Shown here one piece after another: positions 27,761 through 36,729 of a stretch of DNA of 64,000 nucleotides (positions are counted from its first letter, which is position 1; every line of letters starts with the position of its first letter). The position numbers and the translations under genes are program-made. The notes beneath the pieces were generated by a model. That model did no database searches. It worked only from the letters and a program-made list of their open reading frames with translations, and was not told where the DNA came from. The DNA is from a virus (lineage: Duplodnaviria; Caudoviricetes). Location: positions 12,544 through 76,543 of IMG/VR virus record IMGVR_UViG_3300035454_000688. One strand, 5' to 3'.

Positions 27761-28602
27761 CTAGTACTCATAGTTCTCTTGAGGTCATTAACTGCCTGAG
27801 AAGTATATCTAACATCAAGTAATTTAATGACCTTCTTGGCTTCATTAAGGTCTTGTTCGTATTCTAGAAACGTTACAGGAGACCAGAATGGAGCGTCCAC
27901 AGCAGATATTGGTTGTGGTTCAAAAGTATATACCGAATCAACTGTTGCGGTTGCTCCGGACTCTCGACCGGTAATAGAAGTAGCAATTGTTCCCGTCACG
28001 TGTTGAATAGTAAGGCTCGTATCGCCAACATATGTAACAAATGCATAGTTAGTGCCGTTGGTCTGAACTTCTTCACCAACCTTAAATGTTCCTGCGACTG
28101 AAGAGATAGCGACCGACTGCATTTTGTTGGTAGCTATCAGATCATCATGTCTCTTACGGACATACTTTGCAACATTCAGTACATTATCGAGTACTGGTTC
28201 ATAATACTTTTGTGTGCCATTAGCAAGAGAATTAAACTGAGAAGGTGTAATTGAAACATCCGTATAATCATACCAGTTGTTTCTGTAGACCTTAATCTTG
28301 CGAGCAGCAAGATCGTACGACCCATACTTAGCAGTAATATGATCAATAAAGTCATCTTGGTTCAATGTCACATCGAAGTATGGATCGACGATGTCATTTG
28401 CAAGCCAGATCAACCATGTGTAGCCAGGGTTCTCATAATAGAGGTTTGAAAGAGTATCAATTCTATCCTCTGCATCCATTGTATATGGATAGAAGGCAGT
28501 TTTATTACGCTTGACGCTATCAGAGAGACGAGACCTTGACATAAGGTTCTTGACCAGATTATTTGCGTATGTGATTGTGGGTATCTTGTCGAAGTAGTTC
28601 AT
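27757..28602 (-). CDS. gp53: Baseplate wedge subunit gp53
   Basis: MNYFDKIPTITY, RIDTLSNLYYENPGYTWLIWLANDIVDPY, EQDLNEAKKVIKLL. Confidence 0.85.
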   Translation of the reverse strand: MNYFDKIPTITYANNLVKNLMSRSRLSDSVKRNKTAFYPYTMDAEDRIDTLSNLYYENPGYTWLIWLANDIVDPYFDVTLNQDDFIDHITAKYGSYDLAARKIKVYRNNWYDYTDVSITPSQFNSLANGTQKYYEPVLDNVLNVAKYVRKRHDDLIATNKMQSVAISSVAGTFKVGEEVQTNGTNYAFVTYVGDTSLTIQHVTGTIATSITGRESGATATVDSVYTFEPQPISAVDAPFWSPVTFLEYEQDLNEAKKVIKLLDVRYTSQAVNDLKRTMSTR

Positions 28603-29564
28603 GTGTCGCTTGCTCCATCTGTAGAGCTACTGTCGCTCGATCCACCGGTGAGTCCTGTCTGAACATTTTCAATAAGGCCTCCGACGAATTCGGTCCCCTT
28701 GGCCCAAAGGTCGACAGATCCACCCCCATTCTTTCCACCGAAGTCATTCGAAAGGAAGTATTCGATTTCCTTGAAGTTAATTGAAAGCTGAACAACTACA
28801 GGCTCGTTATTGAAGCCGGAGAAGAACGCCGGCGCGCTTCCTGCTGTATAATTAACGTTGACAGAAGACATGAATGCGCGCTTCATTCTAATGATTGAGT
28901 TTTCGCTCCATCCGAAGTCACCGCCACCGCCATTGTCCCAAGGATAGAAGTTCACTTGGCAGAGATATGGATAGTTAAGAATGGCTGCAGAGTCCGTCAC
29001 CTGATTGCCGGGGAGAGCTCTCATCTTTAGATGGTTAATGAGACTACGAATCTTTCTACTGTCTGATTCGTTGGTAGGAAGCAGCGTCCACGTAAGGCTC
29101 ATTTCTCTGAGCTGTGGACCCTGGAAGGCGATTGCAGGGTTGGGGTTAGGTGCAACGCCCATTGTTTGCTGAATAGCAGATGCAAAAGAATCAGCGTTCT
29201 CTGAGACAACACTTCCAGCAACGCTGGCAAGCATACCAACACCGAAGCTAGTTGCTGTGCCACCCGCTTCTGAAAGACTTGCTCCTAGCGCTTGAGGAAC
29301 GGCTGCAGCAGAGCGAAGCCCCTGAGCCATTAGACCGGATCCTATATCATCATTTAGCACATCCCCAACCAGCTTCATGTCGATATTATTATATGCAACA
29401 GCAGTATCATCTCTCAATTCTGCAGGAAGTGGAAGACGGATGATCTTGTCTAGTACGAATTGGGGTTCGTCGAAAGGCTCGGGTCTGCTATACTCCATAA
29501 GACTGAGCGTGCAGTAGTACTTTGCAGTATCGAGAATTCCATATGCTTGGAGTGTTTCTGACAT
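28599..29564 (-). CDS. gp48: Baseplate tail-tube cap gp48
   Basis: APNPNPAIAFQGPQLREMSLTWTL, LNYP, VNVNYTAG...LSINFKEIE. Confidence 0.8.
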   Translation of the reverse strand: MSETLQAYGILDTAKYYCTLSLMEYSRPEPFDEPQFVLDKIIRLPLPAELRDDTAVAYNNIDMKLVGDVLNDDIGSGLMAQGLRSAAAVPQALGASLSEAGGTATSFGVGMLASVAGSVVSENADSFASAIQQTMGVAPNPNPAIAFQGPQLREMSLTWTLLPTNESDSRKIRSLINHLKMRALPGNQVTDSAAILNYPYLCQVNFYPWDNGGGGDFGWSENSIIRMKRAFMSSVNVNYTAGSAPAFFSGFNNEPVVVQLSINFKEIEYFLSNDFGGKNGGGSVDLWAKGTEFVGGLIENVQTGLTGGSSDSSSTDGASDT

Positions 29565-29959
29565 TAGATTATAGCATCCAGAATCATGCTAGCGTTTCTT
29601 TTCTTAGCAGCAATCTTGGTTGATGGGTTAATATCTGTCAGATACGTATCGACGTTCTCCAGACCTCTTCTTCTCAGCTTCTTGAGGTCAGCACCAGCTA
29701 CACGAGCAGGATCCTTACCGGCAAGAGCATAGAACATATCCGAGCCCTGGTTCACAATAGAGTCTGTCTTTTGTGAGGAGAATGCAGAGATCGAATCGAA
29801 TGACGCGCCCACGTTAAAAAGCGACTGAGCTGTAGATGAGGCAGAAGAAAGCAAACTTATTGGTAGCTTTGATGTAGCTTTAGATACGATATTATCTAGT
29901 AATTTGCCTTCTACCGACTTTGCCGCCGACTTTACAAAACTGTTGACGTTAAAAGCCAT
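29564..29959 (-). CDS. Hypothetical protein
   Basis: Likely start MAFNVNS at 29959, downstream of the late-promoter pair. The ORF-track start 30001 overlaps gp4. Confidence 0.55.
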   Translation of the reverse strand: MAFNVNSFVKSAAKSVEGKLLDNIVSKATSKLPISLLSSASSTAQSLFNVGASFDSISAFSSQKTDSIVNQGSDMFYALAGKDPARVAGADLKKLRRRGLENVDTYLTDINPSTKIAAKKRNASMILDAII

Positions 29960-29979
29960 TCTGGTGTTCCTGTTTTTGT

Positions 29980-29995
29980 TATAAATATATTTATG
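29980..29995. promoter_or_regulatory. Back-to-back late promoters (TATAAATA on +, CATAAATA on -)
   Basis: TATAAATA at 29980-29987 (+) abuts TATTTATG at 29988-29995, exactly at the strand switch. Confidence 0.6.
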
Positions 29996-30448
29996 GCGCA
30001 TAAAGGTACGTTCAGAGCTCAGAACCCTAAAAAGTACAAGGGGGACGCCTCAAAGATTATTTATAGGAGTTCGTGGGAGCTCAGGCTCATGATGCATCTG
30101 GATGCACATCCAGATGTTATAGAATGGTCCTCGGAGGAAGTGGTTATACCATATGTTTCTCCGATCGATCGCAAGCGTCATAGATACTTTGTTGATTTCT
30201 TCGTGAAGAAAAAAGGAAGAGATGGTAAGCACGAAAGTGTGCTTATCGAGGTCAAGCCAAAGGCACAGACCACTCCTCCTGATGTGAAACTTACTCTGAA
30301 AGGCCAGAAGCCTACTCGGAGATATATTAACGAAGTGATGACGTGGGGAGTCAACTCAGCAAAGTGGGCTGCCGCAGAAGATTATTGTAAAGACAGAGGC
30401 TGGAAGTTTATTATTATGACCGAGCACGAGTTAGGGATCAAGTTTTAG
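29993..30448 (+). CDS. gp4: Head completion nuclease gp4 (TnsA-like)
   Basis: KYKGD...IYRSSWE, WSSEEVVIPY, HRYFVDF, LIEVKP, NSAKWAAA, TEHEL. Confidence 0.9.
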   Translation: MAHKGTFRAQNPKKYKGDASKIIYRSSWELRLMMHLDAHPDVIEWSSEEVVIPYVSPIDRKRHRYFVDFFVKKKGRDGKHESVLIEVKPKAQTTPPDVKLTLKGQKPTRRYINEVMTWGVNSAKWAAAEDYCKDRGWKFIIMTEHELGIKF

Positions 30449-31044
30449 TGGCAACTATTTTCGATAATATCATCACCCAGGGTGTTCGCGCAGGACAGAT
30501 ACCAGCGCGTACCGATCAGGCTCGTTCGTGGTATAGAGATACCGCAAAGCAGTTTGGCAGGAACATAAACGAGAAGTCTCTTCTGAACAAGGACAAGACT
30601 CGTCTCGTCAGTCAGATCAAGCCTGGCAATATGTACATGTTTATGTATGATCCAAAGTTCAAAGACACTCTTCCCTACTATGACCGCTTTCCTCTGATCT
30701 TTCCATTCAGAGTCGAGGGCGACAGGTTCTGGGCTATCAACCTCCACTATCTGCCTCATAGAATCAGAGCTCAGCTGATGGACAGCCTCTATGATCTGGT
30801 CAATAATCAGCGTTATGATGAGTCAACAAGAATTCAAGGCACATTTGAACTGCTAAATAGAGCTGCAAGATCTAGGTGGATTAAACCATGCGTGAAGCAG
30901 TATCTGTTCTCACAAATGAACTCAAGGTTCATGTATGTTTATCCTTCTGAGTGGGACATCGCCTTGTTCTTGCCGCTAGAGAGATTCTCGAAGGCGACGA
31001 AGAGTCAAGTGTGGGCCGAATCAAAAATCTCGATGGGTAAGTAA
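30448..31044 (+). CDS. gp2: DNA end protector gp2
   Basis: YMFMYDPKFKDTLPYYDRFPLIF, INLHYLP..R, CVKQYL. Confidence 0.9.
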   Translation: MATIFDNIITQGVRAGQIPARTDQARSWYRDTAKQFGRNINEKSLLNKDKTRLVSQIKPGNMYMFMYDPKFKDTLPYYDRFPLIFPFRVEGDRFWAINLHYLPHRIRAQLMDSLYDLVNNQRYDESTRIQGTFELLNRAARSRWIKPCVKQYLFSQMNSRFMYVYPSEWDIALFLPLERFSKATKSQVWAESKISMGK

Positions 31045-31746
31045 ATGTTTCAGATTTCTAATTTCCAGGCAAGTCTAGATAAGAGTGGGGTAATGAGAAC
31101 CAATAGGTTCATCGCCCACTTCAATCTTCCCGACTACCTAAGAGATAACAAAGAGCTTTATGGCTACGGAGATGCTCTTGTGTCTCTTAGATGCCAGGCA
31201 GCACAGATTCCAGGCATTACGTTAAACACTATCGATCAGCCAAGAATTGGTATTGGTCCCGTAGAAAACGTTGCTAGCAACCTTACCATCGACGACATCA
31301 CTCTGACGTTCCTTGTAGATGCTCAATCAAAGATCCATAATCTGTTCTATGATTGGTTCAATACAATTGTGAACTTCCAGGGATCGAAGGGTCAGTCAGC
31401 ACTCTATAAGTCCTACAACCTCGGCAGACAGACATCTGCAGCATATGAGGTGGGCTATAAGGATCAGTACACCACAGACCTTCTAATCACTGTATACGAT
31501 GGTGTGACTCCGTCCGGCACTTCTGCGAGTGGTCAAGCCACTCCTACTATTGCAGAAGGCAATGTTCCTATCATGAACATCAGAGCATTCAAGGCATTTC
31601 CAAAGACATTGCCTTCTATTGATATGGACTGGAATTCGAATGATGAATTGGTGAAGATGTCTGTTCCCTTCTCTATTACTGACTTCGAAGTATCATATCC
31701 AGCTAATAAAACACAACCTTACCGTCAATCCCAAGACTTTTTATAA
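31045..31746 (+). CDS. gp54: Baseplate tail-tube initiator gp54
   Basis: RTNRF, LRCQAAQIPG, ITLTFLVD, FYDW, AFP, tail-tube fold motifs. Confidence 0.75.
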   Translation: MFQISNFQASLDKSGVMRTNRFIAHFNLPDYLRDNKELYGYGDALVSLRCQAAQIPGITLNTIDQPRIGIGPVENVASNLTIDDITLTFLVDAQSKIHNLFYDWFNTIVNFQGSKGQSALYKSYNLGRQTSAAYEVGYKDQYTTDLLITVYDGVTPSGTSASGQATPTIAEGNVPIMNIRAFKAFPKTLPSIDMDWNSNDELVKMSVPFSITDFEVSYPANKTQPYRQSQDFL

Positions 31747-31769
31747 TTACTAGATAATTGGAGTAAACA

Positions 31770-32480
31770 ATGGCACTACCTAAAATTGATAAACCCCTTT
31801 TTGATATTGAGGTTCCTTCGCAGGGAAAGAGTATCAAATGCCGTCCGTTTGTTGTTAAGGAAGAGAAGATTCTTCTGACAGCTCAACAGGCAGGACAAGA
31901 GAAAGACATTATCCTTGCTATCAAGCAGGTGCTAGTCAACTGTATTCAGGATCCTTCGTTTGATGTGAATACTCTGACCACATTCGATCTTGAGCACATG
32001 TTCTTGAAGCTGCGTGCAAGATCGGTTAATAACATCATCGAAGTGTCTTATCGTGACAATGAAGATGATAAGGTATATGACTTTAAGATCGATCTCGATG
32101 AAGTAGAGATGATGAAAGCCAAGGAAGTCAACAACAAAATCATGGTTACCGACGATGTTGGTATCATCATGAAGTTTCCTTCGGTCACAATGCTCGAAGG
32201 TGTTCCAGGCGACATCACTTCCACAGATCTTGTAGACTACCTTGTGCGTTCGTGTATCGAGCAGATTTTCGATGCAGACGAAGTATATCTTGCATCCGAG
32301 TCTACTGATGCAGAGCTCAACGAGTTCATCGATAGTCTAGACGTGGAGTCGTTCAACAAGATTCGTGAGTTCTTTGACTCACTTCCTTCGTTATATCATA
32401 AGCTAGAATACACAAACTCATTGGGCAATACAAGATCTATTGAGCTCACAACGTTAAGTGATTTTTTTACCTGGGGCTGA
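31770..32480 (+). CDS. gp26: Baseplate hub assembly chaperone gp26
   Basis: MALPKI, RPFVVKEEKILL, FDLEHMFLKLRARSV, C-terminal LSDFF. Confidence 0.85.
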   Translation: MALPKIDKPLFDIEVPSQGKSIKCRPFVVKEEKILLTAQQAGQEKDIILAIKQVLVNCIQDPSFDVNTLTTFDLEHMFLKLRARSVNNIIEVSYRDNEDDKVYDFKIDLDEVEMMKAKEVNNKIMVTDDVGIIMKFPSVTMLEGVPGDITSTDLVDYLVRSCIEQIFDADEVYLASESTDAELNEFIDSLDVESFNKIREFFDSLPSLYHKLEYTNSLGNTRSIELTTLSDFFTWG

Positions 32481-32531
32481 GTCACAATACACTAGCGAAT
32501 TATTACACAACAATATTCGCTATGGCTCAGC
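32462..32531 (+). promoter_or_regulatory. Candidate -1 programmed ribosomal frameshift signal
   Basis: T TTT TTT at 32462-32468, 7-nt spacer, then GCTGAGTCA(32476-84)/TGGCTCAGC(32523-31) and TAGCGAAT(32493-500)/ATTCGCTA(32515-22) stems. Confidence 0.7.
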
Positions 32532-32650
32532 ATCATAACTATTCAGTCACTGAATTGGAAGATATGATGCCCTACGAGCGTGATCTGTATGTTGATATGT
32601 TACTGAGCTTCCTTGAAAAACAAAAACAAGAGATGGAAAAGAATAAGTAA
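32468..32650 (+). CDS. gp51: gp51-like module in the -1 frame relative to gp26
   Basis: YLGLSHNTLANYYTTIFAMAQHHNYSVTELEDMMPYERDLYVDMLLSFLEKQKQEMEKNK*. Not in the ORF track; first ATG only at 32522. Confidence 0.8.
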   Translation, partial: YLGLSHNTLANYYTTIFAMAQHHNYSVTELEDMMPYERDLYVDMLLSFLEKQKQEMEKNK

Positions 32651-32652
32651 CA

Positions 32653-34539
32653 ATGGCCGGTCTAGGTAAATTCTTCTCTAAGACAAAGACGCGTTCTCTC
32701 GCGGCCAGTCGTGCTGGCTCTAAGGTAGGTAAAGATACCACCACAAGAGCCACTGCTACCAAGCGCATGAAGAGAATGGAACGGAAGAAGTTTGGCCGTG
32801 CAATGGCTACCGGTGCAATGCGCCGTATGGGTCTCAACGTAAGAGGCATCTCCAATAACGCAAAGTCCCCTATAGGAAGACTGCTCCAATCACCTGCAGC
32901 ACGTGCTATGTCGATGGGAACATTCGACATCACTCTTCCACCAATGGATGATGGATCGCGTGCTAGCGGCGTTAATAACCCGTCTATCAGCACTCTCAAC
33001 GGCCAATTGAGTAGCATTGCTCAAACTGCTGCAAGACTGGGTGCTATCACACAGGAACAGCAAGAAGCGCTGATCCGTCAAGCAAAGACGGCAGAGACTC
33101 AAGCAGCTCAGACTCAGCTGGAAGAACCAGATGCAACTCCAATCAGCGCTCCTGGTGCTGGTGGTGGTATCGATCCTGGTGTGAGTGCTACAGAGAAGCT
33201 CCTAGAGTCGATTGCCAAGCTCAAGGCTATTGTAGATGACAAGGTCAGAGAGCAACAGCAAAATAGCTTCGGCAATGTCTTTATCGAGTCGCTACTTGAC
33301 AACCTCGGTCTAGGTGGCGTCAAGGAAGCAAGAGCCAATAGACGTAAGAGACCTCAGGTAAAAGAAGGTTTCATGTCTCGCGAAGGCAAGACTGGAACAG
33401 AATTCTATACTCAGGACGAACGTGGTAGGATCAAAGCAGCCAAGGCGGAAGATGCTCTTACTAACTTCAGGACCGTAGAGAAGACCGATAGCTTTAGACT
33501 GAACAAAGCTGCTGAGGCTCGTCAGGCTGAGGCTGTGCTCGGGAAGAAGGCTACATTCAGTGGCTCGAGTACGACAAACAAGATTGCCACATCTATCGGT
33601 AAAGGTGCAAAGAAGGCTACTGGAGCGGTCGGAACAGCGGGAGCTGCAACAGGCAAAGCCTCAAAAGCTATCATTGAGAAGGTCGCAGGACCTCTTGTAA
33701 AGAGTGCTGTGGCCAAGACGGCAATCAAGTCTATTCCTCTTGTAGGAGCGGCTGCAGGCGGCCTATTCGCTATTGGGAAGCTGTTACAAGGCGATGTGGT
33801 AGGTGCTGGTCTCGAGGCTGCATCTGGCCTTGGAGGTCCTCTCACAGCTATTCCTGCAATGGTTGCATCTCTTGCTCGCGATACCTATATGGGTGTATTT
33901 GGTATGGCTCCTGAGTCGGATCCATTCTTTGCAACGAAGATGTCACTAGTTACCGGTGTTCTCACTGGCCTTGTGACTTCCGCTCTCGCTAGACTGACTG
34001 GCGGTAGTGGCGAACAGCCTGCGGCTCAAGATGCTACAAAGGCTCCTGAGATTCCATCAGAAGCTCCAAAGATTGCTCCTGTTCAAGCCAAGAAAGAAAC
34101 TGCCCCGCCCCCATCTTCTCTTTCGGATAGTGGAGGAAGTGTAGATGCAGCATCTTCGGCTCAGGCAGATGCGGGAGGTGGCACATCAACTGCTCCTGCT
34201 CCTTCGCCCGAGCCAGCAGGATCGAGTGGAGCTGCCGCGGGTGCGCAATCACCAGCGGAACAAGCTCCTATCACAGGCCTCACTCCGGGAAGCTCCAAGC
34301 CTGTAGAACAGCCAGGAACACAATCTGGCGCTGCTATTGCGGCTGCATCAAGTGACTCATCAGCCCCTGAGTCTGCTCAGGGAGGTGGTGGTCAATCCAT
34401 GCCAAGACCTTCTAATTCGCCTACAACAAAGGGCAGAGCGAAGGGTATGGGCAACGTTCCTGAGCCAACATATCTTGGTATGGGCGACATTGTTAAGCAA
34501 TTATACTTCGGTGCAGTTGCGGGAGCAATGGCAGCATGA
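32653..34539 (+). CDS. Tape-measure-like tail protein
   Basis: A/G/K-rich, with the KSIPLVGAAAGGLFAIGKLLQGDVVGAGLEAASG motif seen in T4-like tape measures; follows gp26/gp51. Confidence 0.65.
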   Translation: MAGLGKFFSKTKTRSLAASRAGSKVGKDTTTRATATKRMKRMERKKFGRAMATGAMRRMGLNVRGISNNAKSPIGRLLQSPAARAMSMGTFDITLPPMDDGSRASGVNNPSISTLNGQLSSIAQTAARLGAITQEQQEALIRQAKTAETQAAQTQLEEPDATPISAPGAGGGIDPGVSATEKLLESIAKLKAIVDDKVREQQQNSFGNVFIESLLDNLGLGGVKEARANRRKRPQVKEGFMSREGKTGTEFYTQDERGRIKAAKAEDALTNFRTVEKTDSFRLNKAAEARQAEAVLGKKATFSGSSTTNKIATSIGKGAKKATGAVGTAGAATGKASKAIIEKVAGPLVKSAVAKTAIKSIPLVGAAAGGLFAIGKLLQGDVVGAGLEAASGLGGPLTAIPAMVASLARDTYMGVFGMAPESDPFFATKMSLVTGVLTGLVTSALARLTGGSGEQPAAQDATKAPEIPSEAPKIAPVQAKKETAPPPSSLSDSGGSVDAASSAQADAGGGTSTAPAPSPEPAGSSGAAAGAQSPAEQAPITGLTPGSSKPVEQPGTQSGAAIAAASSDSSAPESAQGGGGQSMPRPSNSPTTKGRAKGMGNVPEPTYLGMGDIVKQLYFGAVAGAMAA

Positions 34540-36701
34540 GAATGGATAACGAGACAAGAGACGCTATCAAGTCGAAGTTTCTTCTAGGAGGATCTGAAGA
34601 CCAGGTCATTCCGAAGCAAGATCTTGTCCAGATGTCATCTTCGCTCACGTCGATCGAGACATCGTTCAATCAGATGAAGGCCTATACGGGCAACATTCTT
34701 CGTGTTCAAGCAGCTATGCAAAAGGCTGCTATTGTTAGTATGAAAAAGGCCAAGTCTCCAATGGAGGCTCTGCAGGCTTTAGAAGGCGGCAACGAGCCAT
34801 CTAATAGTGATCAGCTCACAACTGTATTCCCTCAACTCACACAGGTTATAGAACAGCTTCATAAGAGTCTCAACAAGCTAGACTTGTCGGGCGAAGCAGA
34901 CGCTCCTAGTGACAAGGCAATGTCGTCTGTTGCTGGAGCTGTTCCAGCTCAACCTGTTATAGAGGATCCTCAGCAAGAAGTCAAGGCAGAACAGAAGACA
35001 AAAGCGAAGACTGCTGTAAAGAAGCAGAACGAAAGAACTGAGGCAGCTCGTAAGCCTGCTAAGCCTACTTCTGAGATCGCCAAGAAGAGTAGCGAAAAGA
35101 CTACCAAGCCTCAGGCTACTAATAGGGCAAAGACCGAGACCAGAGCAGAGAAGCAACTGACTCAAGCTGCTACGAGAGCTGCTGGACGAGGCAATGTTGG
35201 AGTCACTGCGGCATCCAAGGCTCAGCCTACTGGAAACATGGCGGGGGCTGGCTGGACTTCTAAGCTATCTGGCTTCATTGGTAAGTCGGTAACAAACGTC
35301 AAGTCTTCGATTGCTGACTTCCTTGCTAACATAGGATCCATGCTCGGTATTGGTGGAGCTGCAGCTGTTGGCGGCGCTGCTGGTTATGCAGCTGGAAGTT
35401 TGTCTGCACCAGACGAAGGTGGATCTGCTCCTACTGGCGGCAAAGCTGGAGATATGGAAGCAGCTATCAACAAGGCTGGCATCAAAGACAACACCACCAA
35501 AGCTCAGATCATGGCGCAGACTGCGCACGAGTCTGGCAACTTCAAATACACCCAAGAGCTCGGCAACGCAAAGTATTTTGAAAAGTACAACGGCAGGAGA
35601 GATCTTGGCAACACCCAGCCAGGTGACGGTCCTAAGTATAGGGGTCGTGGCTTCCTACAGGTCACGGGTAGAGCCAACTATGCAGAGATGTCGAAGCTGC
35701 TTGGGGTCGACTTTGTCAACAATCCAGAAGCACTTGCACAACCAAAATACGCAGCTGCATCTGCAATAGCATGGTTCCAGAAGAGATGGGGTCGATTCAA
35801 GAACTGGGGTGACACGAAGGCAGTTACAAAGGTCGTCAACGGCGGCTATAACGGTCTAGCAGACCGTTCATCAAAGTTTGCTCAATACTCTAAGCTCTAT
35901 GGTAGCGGTGGCTCAGCAGGTGCTGCAAGCGCTCCTGGGGGTGGCGGTGGTGGAGGCGGCCCTGCTGGTAGGATGGCTCCTGGTGGTGCTGGTTTTAACG
36001 ACAACGTAAAGGCTGTCGGTGGTAACATTAAGCAATATGCTAATCTTGGATCCAACGTCAACTACGAGGGTCTAAAGCCTACCATGAAGCGTAGGTTCAC
36101 GGCAATGGCTGCTGAACACTATCAGAAGACTGGTAAGAAACTTCAGATCAACTCTGCCCTTAGATCGAGAGCTGATCAGGAAAGAATGTGGAAGAAGTAT
36201 GGTCCTAAGAGAGCAGCTCCTCCAGGCAGATCCCTTCATGAATCTGGTGTGGCAATCGATGTCAACACCCCTGACGTTCAACGTCTCCAGAAGTTAGGTC
36301 TTCTCAAGAAGTACGGTTTCTGGCTTCCATACTTCCCTAAAGAGACATGGCACCTTGAGCCTGTAGAAGGTTCGAGAGTCAAGGGTCAACCCGACAACCC
36401 TTACCAGCCTGGAGCCCCTATTGCTCAGAAGGAAAAGGGTAAGGAAGTTGTTCAGGACTCATCGGGTAAGAACAAGCAGATCACAGCTCCTAAGAAGCAG
36501 GTTGGTCCTGTAGCTACTGGTATGGCTATTCAGAGGAAGGTCGGGGACAAGACTGTGATTCAGAACCAATCGGGACCTATTGTAGTGGGTGGTGGTAGCA
36601 ATCCTATGAGCTACCTGACTGGAATGAAACCTGCAAAGGGTGCAACCCAGTATAACGTCAACACAGCTGACGATTACAAGATCTACTTCAACGCAGCATA
36701 A
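34536..36701 (+). CDS. Tape-measure-like protein with GH19 lysozyme/chitinase and M15 peptidase domains
   Basis: MAQTAHESGNF..ELG, YRGRGFLQVTGRANY, TKVVNGGYNGLADR (GH19); INSALRSRADQ, APPGRSLHESGVAIDV, ETWHLE (M15/VanY-like). Confidence 0.85.
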   Translation: MRMDNETRDAIKSKFLLGGSEDQVIPKQDLVQMSSSLTSIETSFNQMKAYTGNILRVQAAMQKAAIVSMKKAKSPMEALQALEGGNEPSNSDQLTTVFPQLTQVIEQLHKSLNKLDLSGEADAPSDKAMSSVAGAVPAQPVIEDPQQEVKAEQKTKAKTAVKKQNERTEAARKPAKPTSEIAKKSSEKTTKPQATNRAKTETRAEKQLTQAATRAAGRGNVGVTAASKAQPTGNMAGAGWTSKLSGFIGKSVTNVKSSIADFLANIGSMLGIGGAAAVGGAAGYAAGSLSAPDEGGSAPTGGKAGDMEAAINKAGIKDNTTKAQIMAQTAHESGNFKYTQELGNAKYFEKYNGRRDLGNTQPGDGPKYRGRGFLQVTGRANYAEMSKLLGVDFVNNPEALAQPKYAAASAIAWFQKRWGRFKNWGDTKAVTKVVNGGYNGLADRSSKFAQYSKLYGSGGSAGAASAPGGGGGGGGPAGRMAPGGAGFNDNVKAVGGNIKQYANLGSNVNYEGLKPTMKRRFTAMAAEHYQKTGKKLQINSALRSRADQERMWKKYGPKRAAPPGRSLHESGVAIDVNTPDVQRLQKLGLLKKYGFWLPYFPKETWHLEPVEGSRVKGQPDNPYQPGAPIAQKEKGKEVVQDSSGKNKQITAPKKQVGPVATGMAIQRKVGDKTVIQNQSGPIVVGGGSNPMSYLTGMKPAKGATQYNVNTADDYKIYFNAA

Positions 36702-36727
36702 AAAAGGGGGACCGAAGCCCCCCTTTT
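36700..36727. terminator. Bidirectional intrinsic terminator
   Basis: Minus strand AAAAGGGGGGC-TTCG-GTCCCCCTTTTTT between convergent genes. Confidence 0.8.
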
Positions 36728-36729
36728 CC

